Source of the DNA: a virus
Taxonomy: Duplodnaviria; Heunggongvirae; Uroviricota; Caudoviricetes
Virus record (IMG/VR): IMGVR_UViG_2671180357_000004
Coordinates: 1-25,327 of that record
Length of the DNA: 25,327 nucleotides
Direction: 5' to 3' (one strand)
Shown here: in pieces, positions 7,875 to 15,691 of the stretch
Layout: every line of letters begins with the position of its first letter
Numbering within the stretch: position 1 is the first letter of the stretch
The notes under the pieces: model-generated
The model's database searches: none
Told to the model about the DNA's origin: nothing
What the model saw: the letters and a program-made list of their open reading frames with translations, nothing else
Translations under genes and position numbers: made by a program

Positions 7875-8382
7875 AATATTAAAAATTTTTTAGAAAAGAA
7901 AAATTACTTCCCAGAACAGGTTTTAATAAAACCTGAACTGAACGAACGAAGTGAGTGAAGTTCACCTCGAACGAAGTGAGAGGTTGTCTTTTCAGGTAAT
8001 ACTCTCCCAGGGAGGTGAGTACAAAATTTCCTCACCAACCTGGTCGTTTCATAACCTGAAAAGTTATGACCTAAGTCTACTGCCAGCTTAGGCTTGGGAA
8101 GTTATGGATGACAGCACCCCAGAACCGAGATCTTCCCACACTTTATGAAGGGGAGTACTGGATTCAACCTCTCGAAACACTCCAGACTCGACAATCATAA
8201 AGTGACCCTTCTCTCTGCCCACTTTGGTTCCCCCTTCCCCAACCCCTAAACGGTGCCGGTTCTACGCTGGTAGTGAGCTTTTTTAAACCTGACGCCAGTG
8301 ACGCTATCCCCCACCCATCAGGTCGAGCTGCCGAAAGTATCCGGAAGCGGATAGATTGTATCACTGGTTAGTGGCGTTTTGA
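7875..8382. other. Roughly 510-bp non-coding region dense in short hairpins and direct repeats (candidate structured RNA, origin or packaging-related site)
   Basis: No convincing ORF. Inverted repeats CAGGTTTTA-ATA-AAACCTG, GTGAA-G-TTCAC, CTCCC-A-GGGAG, GGTGAG..CTCACC, CATAAC..GTTATG; direct repeat CGAACGAAGTGAG x2. Confidence 0.4.
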
Positions 8383-8401
8383 ATGGTAAGTACTTACCTA
8401 T
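8383..8401. repeat. AT-rich dyad motif, copy B (ATGGTAAGTACTTACCTAT; 14-bp perfect palindrome GGTAAGTACTTACC)
   Basis: Immediately 3' of the stop of the 8401..8631 gene. Confidence 0.55.
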
Positions 8402-8631
8402 TATATTAATTGATTAATTTCTCGCCCATGAAGCTGGACGTTCAGGGCAAACACCTCATTGATGAGTTCCCCTAACAGCTGCTCCACCAGCTCTTTGTGC
8501 TCGCCTGAATGAAGACATTTGAGCGACCATTCGTAGAGACTGAAAGCCTTATCGCGATCTTTCATCATGTCGCGCACTGTGGCCAGAAAATCGCTCTCAA
8601 CGAGCGCTACGACGTTCGTCGGGTATACCAT
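8401..8631 (-). CDS. Hypothetical protein (76 aa)
   Basis: ORF in track; ATG at 8629-8631; no recognisable domain. Confidence 0.45.
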   Translation of the reverse strand: MVYPTNVVALVESDFLATVRDMMKDRDKAFSLYEWSLKCLHSGEHKELVEQLLGELINEVFALNVQLHGREINQLI

Positions 8632-8772
8632 GATAGTTTTCCTTACTGTGGTTCATAAAATCGATTCTAGAGCGTCTGGAGAGGGACTCCAGTGGGTTCT
8701 GGAGGTGTAAAACGGTCTGGGAGTTGTTTGGAAATCACGTCTTAAAAAGCCTGCGTCTGTATATATTAATAA

Positions 8773-8791
8773 TTAGTACTTAGTTATTTAT
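8773..8791. repeat. AT-rich dyad motif, copy C (TTAGTACTTAGTTATTTAT; degenerate)
   Basis: Between the Dam-like gene stop and the 76-aa gene. Confidence 0.35.
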
Positions 8792-8833
8792 ATATACGGA
8801 AGCAGGTTCTCAAACTAACTCCCAGACTGGTGT

Positions 8834-9427
8834 TTACGCTGCCTTTTTACGTGGTCTCTTCTTCCTGACAACATTGGCAGGGTCATAACCACCCAGCTTT
8901 TTCATCACCGCCAGCGGTATCTTGCTGATGGTGTGCCCAGCTTCCTGACAGTAGCCACGGAAGATAAGCAACATGCTGCCACCAGGGTTGATGTTCACCT
9001 CCACCAGCCCAAGTTCAACATCCGGCTCAACGAACGCCACGCGGCCGCCAGACAAGATGACGGTTTCGTTGGCGCATTCAGCCGCACGCTCGTACCACTG
9101 CGTATCGAGGGATTGTGGTATCAGCATGACCGTCGTCACTCCACGCGCCTGCTCGCGAATGGCTGCGTCTATCCAGGGGGTGATTTTGGAGTAGGGCGGG
9201 TTAAGGAACGCCACAGTGCCAGGTTCTCCCCAACTGCACTTGAGCGCATCACGCTCAACACCGATAAAGTTCGGCAGGAGAGCATTATCTTTGTTGCAGG
9301 CGACGTCCACATCGAACTTTACGCCTATGTAACGTTGGATGGCGACAAACAACCACTGCGGTGTGCGCCAAAGGTCGCGAAGAGAGGCATCACGCTCTCG
9401 CTTTTTGATTTTTTCGGCTGCGATCAT
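8834..9427 (-). CDS. DNA N6-adenine methyltransferase, small phage Dam-like family
   Basis: 197 aa; RTPQWLF...FLNPPYS (NPPY catalytic motif); ATG at 9425-9427. Confidence 0.8.
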   Translation of the reverse strand: MIAAEKIKKRERDASLRDLWRTPQWLFVAIQRYIGVKFDVDVACNKDNALLPNFIGVERDALKCSWGEPGTVAFLNPPYSKITPWIDAAIREQARGVTTVMLIPQSLDTQWYERAAECANETVILSGGRVAFVEPDVELGLVEVNINPGGSMLLIFRGYCQEAGHTISKIPLAVMKKLGGYDPANVVRKKRPRKKAA

Positions 9428-9439
9428 TACTTTACTCTG

Positions 9440-9459
9440 ATAGGTAAATACTTACCTAT
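9440..9459. repeat. AT-rich dyad motif, copy D (ATAGGTAAATACTTACCTAT; 20-bp palindrome with 1 mismatch)
   Basis: 12 nt upstream of the Dam-like start codon, downstream of a terminator-like hairpin. Confidence 0.55.
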
Positions 9460-9495
9460 TTTTTCATTTAATCCAACGAATAGCAAACAAAGAAG

Positions 9496-9535
9496 AACGC
9501 GCCAGATTCGCAAACGGGAAGCTCTCTGGCGCGTT
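9496..9535 (-). terminator. Putative terminator-like hairpin (- strand)
   Basis: AACGCGCCAGA ... TCTGGCGCGTT 11-bp stem (long 18-nt loop) followed on the - strand by U-rich CTTCTTTGTTTG; a second hairpin CTGGGTA..TACCCAG lies at 9545-9569. Confidence 0.35.
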
Positions 9536-9582
9536 TTATCGATGCTGGGTATGCAATTAGCTTACCCAGCGTCCTAAAGCTC

Positions 9583-10455
9583 TCAGGGTGCTTTAGATCG
9601 TGCAGAGGAACATTGTTCAATGGAATACTCCGCTATGAATTTTTTGACGATCGGCGACTCTTTATTAAGCGTTAGATTTCCACCTTCTCTGGTGACAATG
9701 CCTGTGGCCGGAAACACAGCCATCATCTGGCCAGCCTGAGTCGAAGCCGTGTTAAGTGGATATGGTTTCTCCGGGTAGCTCATTAGCGCCAGTTTAATGC
9801 TATTGCTGGTCGCCGTGTTCGTATCAAGAATATGGCGCATTGCGATTACCGTGTAGACGCTGATTTCCGGGCCACCACTAAACCAGTTCAGGAGGTTTAA
9901 GATTTTGTCTTTCGCTTTGACCGGCGCGCCTTCGAATGCGGCAGTAAAGCGCTCACTATCCAGACCGGCTGTCACATAGAACGATTCATCCTTACCCTCC
10001 AGCGTGAAGCGAGGTTTGGTCGGCGCACGCTTTGATTGTGCCTTCTGGTGTTTTGGCTGCTCTTCTTCAGGTTTAGGCCCAGACTCCACTGAAGGTAAAA
10101 GCGTTGGAGCTATATCGGTGGTCTCAGCGCTTCGAGCATCAAGTTCAGGTGTTGGCTCGTCCACTATCTCCGCAATAGGGCCACGCTCTGGCTCCTCGAC
10201 CTTCACCGATTCGTGTGCAATCTCAAGCTCTTCCAGAACGCCACTCAGATCGCCGGTAGAGCTGACATTCATGACTTCATCTGCCACCGCCTCGACTGGT
10301 TTTGCGATTGCATCATCCAGACCAGAAAGAAGATCGTCGATCTCGTCGACACCGCTCATTTTCGCAGCTTTCTGAACCGGTTCGTCGAGAGATTGCAGCA
10401 TTGCAGTCAATTCATCCAGGTCATCGTTTTTAACAATGTTTGAAACTGCGCTCAT
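9583..10455 (-). CDS. Hypothetical protein with strongly acidic N-terminal region (290 aa from ATG at 10455)
   Basis: ATG MSAVSNIV with SD GGAG; N-terminal 130 aa rich in D/E (DDLDELTAMLQSLDEP...EIDDLLSGLDD). Confidence 0.5.
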   Translation of the reverse strand: MSAVSNIVKNDDLDELTAMLQSLDEPVQKAAKMSGVDEIDDLLSGLDDAIAKPVEAVADEVMNVSSTGDLSGVLEELEIAHESVKVEEPERGPIAEIVDEPTPELDARSAETTDIAPTLLPSVESGPKPEEEQPKHQKAQSKRAPTKPRFTLEGKDESFYVTAGLDSERFTAAFEGAPVKAKDKILNLLNWFSGGPEISVYTVIAMRHILDTNTATSNSIKLALMSYPEKPYPLNTASTQAGQMMAVFPATGIVTREGGNLTLNKESPIVKKFIAEYSIEQCSSARSKAP

Positions 10456-10722
10456 TTTTAACTCCTTATGTTTTCGTTGGTGCATTTCCGCGTTTTGGTT
10501 GAGCTTATTCTGGCAAAACCTATCAGGCAGAAACGTCATAACTACAGGCAGCAAAATAAACTCAAGGCAACTCTACTATCTTGTTCAAAGGAGTTAACTC
10601 GTCTTAAAATTGAATACAAAAGTTCACGTCTAGATAAAATACACAACACCACCACATCATAGGCAAACACTTAAAACGTGTCCTACACATAAAGCATCAC
10701 TAAGCGGTTAATTAGCTTTCAC

Positions 10723-10751
10723 TTGCCTTGCGAATTTTTCTGCCTGATAAT
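10723..10751 (+). promoter_or_regulatory. Candidate sigma70 promoter for the HNH-domain gene
   Basis: TTGCCT (10723-10728), 17-bp spacer, GATAAT (10746-10751); 40 bp upstream of the GTG at 10791. Confidence 0.4.
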
Positions 10752-10790
10752 GTGCATTGATAATAATTCATTAATGAATAGGGCATAATA

Positions 10791-11813
10791 GTGAACAGTG
10801 ATAAGCGGAAACTTTATGTAAATACTCTAGCATTAGATTTGAATATCAAGCCATCCAGACCCTATTACCAAATATTATTAAAAACGATAAAAAAGAAAGT
10901 AGCCGATGGGCAGTCAAAGGCTGAAATCGTCGCTTCTATAAAGAACTCGAAAGAGCACCTTGCCAACATCACACCAACCGGTATTATCAACCATCAGAAA
11001 CAAAATATTAGCTTCAAAAAGACGATGCGCAGTTCTTCCGTTCGGGATGACCTACGTAAGCGAAGAATTGAGTACGTTTTAGAAAAGCGGGAGCTGGAAG
11101 CAAAGGATCGCGCAGCGCGAAAAGAACAAGATGAGAAACGTAAAGCTCTTGAAAAAATCAGGATGGAAAACTTACCTGAAATAGTAGAGAACTGCATCGA
11201 CTTTTCTAAACGTCGTGATTTCCAATTATGGTTTCACCGCACTGGTCAGTATCTGAACACCAGTGCTCAAGGCATTGTTAATGAATTCCTAGCTGAATTC
11301 AAAATTGAAAACCCCATAGTAAAAGCAGAGATTAAATTAATTGGGTCTCCTGAAACTCCTCTTATTGTTACCCAACTACCAATAGAGACTAAGAAAGTTG
11401 AATTTATACCCCAACCACTTCCGTCGAAAAGAGTAGGTGAAAAAGTAACGATTACCAGTCGCCCAGATCAGGCTAAATTCGCAGACTCCGTGGGGGTAAA
11501 CTGCCGCTATACCTGCGTTGTTACTGGTGTCAAAACCAGAGTGCGCTGTGAGGCTGCCCATATCGTTGAGCACAAAGCAGGAGGCGTAGACCATTATACA
11601 AATGGGCTATGGTTGCGAGTGGACATTCACCGTTTATTTGATGCCGGTTTATGCGCAATAGAGCCGTCGACAATGATGATCTACTTTAACCCGATGGTGT
11701 TGATCGACGACCCTGATTTGGAAAAATACCACGCTATCCCCATCTCTCAACCGGTTCGCCCGATAAATCCTGACTACCTTATGGCACGCTGGACGATCTT
11801 CAACATCCGATAG
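10791..11813 (+). CDS. HNH nuclease-domain protein (340 aa; uncharacterised N-terminal region plus C-terminal HNH core)
   Basis: C-terminus CVVTGVKTRVRCEAAHIVEHKAGGVDHYTNGLWLRVDIHRLFDAG matches the Cys...His...N...H...D HNH pattern. Only + strand gene in the phage-like block; visibly AT-rich; GTG start. Confidence 0.7.
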   Translation: MNSDKRKLYVNTLALDLNIKPSRPYYQILLKTIKKKVADGQSKAEIVASIKNSKEHLANITPTGIINHQKQNISFKKTMRSSSVRDDLRKRRIEYVLEKRELEAKDRAARKEQDEKRKALEKIRMENLPEIVENCIDFSKRRDFQLWFHRTGQYLNTSAQGIVNEFLAEFKIENPIVKAEIKLIGSPETPLIVTQLPIETKKVEFIPQPLPSKRVGEKVTITSRPDQAKFADSVGVNCRYTCVVTGVKTRVRCEAAHIVEHKAGGVDHYTNGLWLRVDIHRLFDAGLCAIEPSTMMIYFNPMVLIDDPDLEKYHAIPISQPVRPINPDYLMARWTIFNIR

Positions 11814-11815
11814 CT

Positions 11816-12376
11816 CTAACGTTCGGTCCTTTCGAAAGGAAGTTTGAAGAAGCCGTATTTCTCTCGGGCTTTGAAGAAACACTGCATCATCAGATCAGTA
11901 TCGTAGAGAGCACTGTGGGCTTTCTCACGGTCGTAAGTGAACCCAAGTGAGAATGCCAGCTCTTCCAGGCGTGGGCGCTTCCCATCCTCGGTAGCCCACA
12001 GGGAAAATAGAGTGTCAACCAGAGGGATTTCTGGCAATTTCACTCCATAGCTTCCGAACTCGTGGCGAATGAACGGAAGGTCAAAAGCCTCCCCGTTATG
12101 GGCGACTAACGCGCTACATGCCCCCATATATGCAGCAATCTTACCTGCGTGATCAGCCAACAGCGGTTCAGCAGCCAGTTCTTCCAGAGATATACCATGT
12201 ACAGCCTGCGCCTTCGGATCGATGCTACGACGCGGGTTGAAGCGCATCTCAAGGCTGTCAATGCGCTTCTGGGTTTCCAGTTCATAACGAGATATCGCGA
12301 TTTCGATAATTTTGTGGCCGGATGTGAAGTCCAGCCCCGTGGACTCAATATCGACGCCACCGACAATCGTGGTCAT
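11816..12376 (-). CDS. DnaQ-like 3'-5' exonuclease (DEDDh family)
   Basis: Exo I VDIESTGLD, Exo II HNGEAFDLPF, Exo III HSALYDTDL; SD AAGGAG; ATG at 12374-12376. Confidence 0.8.
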   Translation of the reverse strand: MTTIVGGVDIESTGLDFTSGHKIIEIAISRYELETQKRIDSLEMRFNPRRSIDPKAQAVHGISLEELAAEPLLADHAGKIAAYMGACSALVAHNGEAFDLPFIRHEFGSYGVKLPEIPLVDTLFSLWATEDGKRPRLEELAFSLGFTYDREKAHSALYDTDLMMQCFFKAREKYGFFKLPFERTER

Positions 12377-12385
12377 TGGTACTCC

Positions 12386-12805
12386 TTACAGCTTCTTCGC
12401 GCCTTTCAGCAGTGCGCCACGCACAAACTGAGCAGCCTTTTTTAGTGCGTCCTCGCCGCTTTCGCAGACGACCGGCTCACGCCATTCGCCCGTTGACGTG
12501 TTGAGGAGCTGGATTTGGTTAGTCTCCAGGCAAACGGACACATACAAAACCGTACCGCCCGAGAGTTTGAGATGCATAGGAAACAGAGAGCGCTTGGTGC
12601 CGCCATTGAATTGCGACATCGCCGCATTAATGGCTTCACCAACCTCTTCCCCAACAAGACCTTGAACGGACTCAAACACTGCTCGGATAGCCAGACGTGC
12701 TTCACGTTCACTCATTAAGGAACGGGATTGTTCGTCAGCAATACGGATCAGTGCTTCAATCGCTTTGCGATCTAATTCATCCGACAGGGGAAGTTCATCT
12801 ATCAT
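12386..12805 (-). CDS. Hypothetical protein (139 aa from ATG at 12805)
   Basis: ATG MIDELPL with SD GAGGA; track ORF begins at an upstream TTG. Confidence 0.5.
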   Translation of the reverse strand: MIDELPLSDELDRKAIEALIRIADEQSRSLMSEREARLAIRAVFESVQGLVGEEVGEAINAAMSQFNGGTKRSLFPMHLKLSGGTVLYVSVCLETNQIQLLNTSTGEWREPVVCESGEDALKKAAQFVRGALLKGAKKL

Positions 12806-12868
12806 TCTGTTTTTCCTCAATTCATTTCGCGTGTCTTATTGTCACACTGCCCAACAGGGGAACAACAT

Positions 12869-13513
12869 TCAGTGGAAGGTCACTCGTCCTGTTATACGGC
12901 TCTCGATGTTTTCAGTGGCTCTTTCCAGCACACGCAATACCGATCTGGCTCGCGCCTCAACCGTGCGGCACTTTTCAGAGATAATGAAAACCTGCAAATC
13001 GCCGGTATGGGGAAGGGCACTAATTTTCGTCAGCTCGCCACACATAAGTGCATCGATGCGAGCAACATAGAGACGGTCAAGCGATCCTCGCTGGGGACGC
13101 GCGAGATCTTTGCTGGAAAGATCAACGCCCGGGCGAAGACCCGCTATAGCATTAAAGTTGGAAATGGCCGCTTTGTGGCAAAACTGCTCAATGTCGAGAG
13201 CCAGCTCGATGCAGCGGTCTTCGTTGGTCTGGCCGACCAGGTCAAGCGTATAAGCCATGACATCGGCTGGCGTGCGGTCGATGACAAAACCTTCAACGCC
13301 GCGGGTGATCATCTCGATGTGTCTGGCAATCTCCATCTGAACCTGAAGACGCTCGTAAAGGGGCAAACGCTCGCCAACCTTCACCCCCAGACTGCTCATC
13401 AGCTTGCCAACACCAGCATCCACATACGGAATGCCATAGTGCGCATCGATGTACCTTGCCAGGGTTGTTTTCCCACTGCCCTGTGCGCCAGTGATTCCAA
13501 TCCGGTAATCCAT
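12869..13513 (-). CDS. P-loop nucleotide kinase, dNMP kinase-like
   Basis: Walker A IGITGAQGSGKTTLA near N-terminus; overall pattern recalled as resembling phage dNMP kinases; start overlaps the DHFR stop (TAATG). Confidence 0.55.
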   Translation of the reverse strand: MDYRIGITGAQGSGKTTLARYIDAHYGIPYVDAGVGKLMSSLGVKVGERLPLYERLQVQMEIARHIEMITRGVEGFVIDRTPADVMAYTLDLVGQTNEDRCIELALDIEQFCHKAAISNFNAIAGLRPGVDLSSKDLARPQRGSLDRLYVARIDALMCGELTKISALPHTGDLQVFIISEKCRTVEARARSVLRVLERATENIESRITGRVTFH

Positions 13514-13989
13514 TACGACCTTCTGTATACGATCTGCAAAAAGCCAGGCTCATCCTCATTTGCACGTTGGGTATAAGCCGTTTCGACTGGTACGAACCCT
13601 AAAGAACGCATCATTGGCGCCGGGAAGAACGCATCCGCGCCCGACACATCCACGCCAATATGCGACAGCCAGATCTCTTCAACGTGTGGCATAAAGAGCG
13701 AGTAAATCTGCCCGCCACCAATCACCCAGACCGGATCTGGTAGTTTTAAAACGTCATCGATGCCAGCGGGGTAGAAACCATTGGGGATATAACCACGAGA
13801 GCGCGTCAAAACGAGGTTATGGCGCTCTGGCAGCGGGCGTTTGAGACTTTCCATCGTCTTACGTCCCATCACGACAGTGGCGTTTTTGGTGAGTTGTTTG
13901 AACAGTTTCAGATCGGTCGGGCAACGCCAGGGAAGTTCGTTGCCAATGCCGATTTCATAGTTGCGGCCGACAGCTGCAATCATCTTCAT
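13513..13989 (-). CDS. folA: Dihydrofolate reductase
   Basis: IGIGNELPWRCPTDLKLFKQLT, VVMGRKTMESL, VIGGGQIY align to E. coli FolA; 158 aa. Confidence 0.85.
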   Translation of the reverse strand: MKMIAAVGRNYEIGIGNELPWRCPTDLKLFKQLTKNATVVMGRKTMESLKRPLPERHNLVLTRSRGYIPNGFYPAGIDDVLKLPDPVWVIGGGQIYSLFMPHVEEIWLSHIGVDVSGADAFFPAPMMRSLGFVPVETAYTQRANEDEPGFLQIVYRRS

Positions 13990-14399
13990 TGGCTTACCTC
14001 ATAGATGGTTGGTCGCTGGTGAGAATCTGCCAGCGCAGAACGCAGACGCGGATCATGAACCAGTGCGGCGATAAGTAAGTCGCCTTTGTGCTCTGCCAGC
14101 GTGCGCTTGATATGGGTTTCAAAACTGACACCGCGCGGAACCAGGTGGAGCCAGTCATAATCAATGCCGAAGTCCTTCAGCCAGCGCTTGGTTGGGCCTT
14201 CGAGCGCTTCCGGACGACTACTGATAAGCACCACTTCAGCACCGGAGCGAGCAAAACCACGCAACATGCGGCTGGTGGGAAAGATGAGTTCATCACCGGC
14301 AATAAGAGCGCCTGCATCCGCATCAGGCACTGCTTTGCGATGGCTGGCTCTCGCCAGCACACCTTCAATTTCACACAACACATACATCCCTCTGGCCAT
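13986..14399 (-). CDS. Hypothetical protein (137 aa from ATG at 14399); weak HAD-like pattern
   Basis: ATG 1 nt after the thyA stop; stop overlaps the DHFR start (ATGA). MYVLCEIEGVL resembles HAD motif I but with Cys/Glu in place of the Asp residues, so function is uncertain. Confidence 0.4.
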   Translation of the reverse strand: MARGMYVLCEIEGVLARASHRKAVPDADAGALIAGDELIFPTSRMLRGFARSGAEVVLISSRPEALEGPTKRWLKDFGIDYDWLHLVPRGVSFETHIKRTLAEHKGDLLIAALVHDPRLRSALADSHQRPTIYEVSQ

Positions 14400-14400
14400 A

Positions 14401-15516
14401 TCACACCGCCACTGGAACCTTGATCCACGGAAGAGGGCTGTAGCCGCACACCTGCACACCTTCCCATTTGAAGTCGTCCAGTTCGGCCCATTCATGCGGG
14501 AAGATGACAACCGGGTCGGACTCTTTGGGCGGCTCGCGCTTCATCAGTTCCTCAACGCCTTCCATGTGGTTGTCGTAGAGATGAACGTCAAAGCCAAAAT
14601 GCACGAATGCGCCAGCCATGTGGCCGGTGATCTTCGCGAGGAAGTGGGTGAGAATGCCGTAACCGGCGATGTTGAACGGCATACCAACAAAGGTATCGAC
14701 ACTGCGTTGAACCAGGCATGAGTTCAGAATGCGTTTCGGGATGCCCAGCTCGTCCAGCATGTTCTCAGTAATGCCGCCATCTCTTTCCAGAAGACACAGC
14801 ATCTGGGTGTAAATGGACTCGTGGCCGTGGCGGTTGTGCTGTATGCCAATGTCGGTGGCCATAGTCAGTCGGGTCTCAAAGTCCAGCTCGCGACTCCACA
14901 GTGAAAACACGAAATGGCATGGCGGCAGCTTCATATCTTCCAGTTCGCCAACATTCCAGGCATTCAGCAGGATGCGACGATCTGTAGGGTTGGTGCGAAG
15001 CGTGTCAACGATACGCTGTAGCTGGTCAATTTCACGGGACAACACAACGCGATCTTCACTTACGCCCAGATACCCCTCGACCTTGTACCCGCGCTCACGG
15101 AACGTGTCGATTTTGCGCAGATACTCGCTATGGCTCACGATGCGAGTGTCTTCCCACCGACGCCATTGCTTGCCATAGACCGGGCCTAAATCGCCATTTT
15201 CATCGGCCCAGGCATCCCAGATTTTGACGCCATTGTCTTTCAGGAACTGGATGTTGCCTGTTCCTTTGAGATACCACTCCAGCTCAACCAGTAACGGCTT
15301 CAGATTGACGGCTTTTCCGGAGATAAGTGGAACAGATCCGCCCGTCAGCATGTAGTAGGAAGGGACATATGAAACACTTTTTGTGCCGGTTCCGGTGCGA
15401 TCACCCGCGTGAACGCCAGTGTTGAGCACCGTTTCAACCACTTTGGCATACGAACCACTGGCAAACTGACCGTTCGTAAAGTCTCGATTCAGTAGGATAG
15501 ACAAAATCAACCTCAC
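14401..15516 (-). CDS. thyA: Thymidylate synthase (ThyA family) with two internal insertions
   Basis: DRTGTGT, WADENGDLGPVYGKQWR, RRILLNAWNVGELEDMKLPPCHF, QRSVDTFVGMPFNIAGY, PWIKVPVAV. 371 codons vs about 264 in E. coli ThyA; start codon uncertain (GTG at 15516, or TTG a few codons downstream). Confidence 0.85.
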   Translation of the reverse strand: MRLILSILLNRDFTNGQFASGSYAKVVETVLNTGVHAGDRTGTGTKSVSYVPSYYMLTGGSVPLISGKAVNLKPLLVELEWYLKGTGNIQFLKDNGVKIWDAWADENGDLGPVYGKQWRRWEDTRIVSHSEYLRKIDTFRERGYKVEGYLGVSEDRVVLSREIDQLQRIVDTLRTNPTDRRILLNAWNVGELEDMKLPPCHFVFSLWSRELDFETRLTMATDIGIQHNRHGHESIYTQMLCLLERDGGITENMLDELGIPKRILNSCLVQRSVDTFVGMPFNIAGYGILTHFLAKITGHMAGAFVHFGFDVHLYDNHMEGVEELMKREPPKESDPVVIFPHEWAELDDFKWEGVQVCGYSPLPWIKVPVAV

Positions 15517-15521
15517 ACAAG

Positions 15522-15540
15522 ATAAGTAAGTACATACATA
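15522..15540. repeat. AT-rich dyad motif, copy E (ATAAGTAAGTACATACATA; degenerate)
   Basis: Between the terminator at 15591-15621 and the thyA start. Confidence 0.4.
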
Positions 15541-15590
15541 TTATTTTATGCAAGTTTATCTGTCAGAAGTGTGTAAGGCTAGGAGGGGAG

Positions 15591-15621
15591 TAAAAAAAAT
15601 GGTGGCTCTTCGGCCACCATT
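15591..15621 (-). terminator. Rho-independent terminator (- strand)
   Basis: On the - strand: AATGGTGGC-cgaaga-GCCACCATT hairpin followed by U8. Confidence 0.6.
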
Positions 15622-15674
15622 GCAATGAGCAATTAAGAACTTGGACAATAAAACACGCCAAGGCAATATATAAT

Positions 15675-15691
15675 GATAAGTACTCACTTAC
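15675..15691. repeat. AT-rich dyad motif, copy F (GATAAGTACTCACTTAC)
   Basis: Overlaps the stop codon of the 15684..16562 gene. Confidence 0.4.

Noticed and set aside
7875-8382. tRNA gene in the long non-coding region
   Set aside because: No T-loop-like GTTCRANTC motif with a matching 7-bp acceptor stem found on either strand by eye; would need tRNAscan to exclude fully.
12839-14721. Long + strand ORFs (12839..13576, 14088..14423, 14164..14721) antisense to the dNMP-kinase-like, DHFR and thyA genes
   Set aside because: Antisense to genes with clear catalytic motifs; typical GC-rich shadow frames.
14401-15516. Group I intron or intein in the thymidylate synthase gene (as in the T4 td gene)
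   Set aside because: The reading frame is continuous through both extra segments and they are too short (about 30 and 50 aa) for an intein; they read as in-frame insertions.
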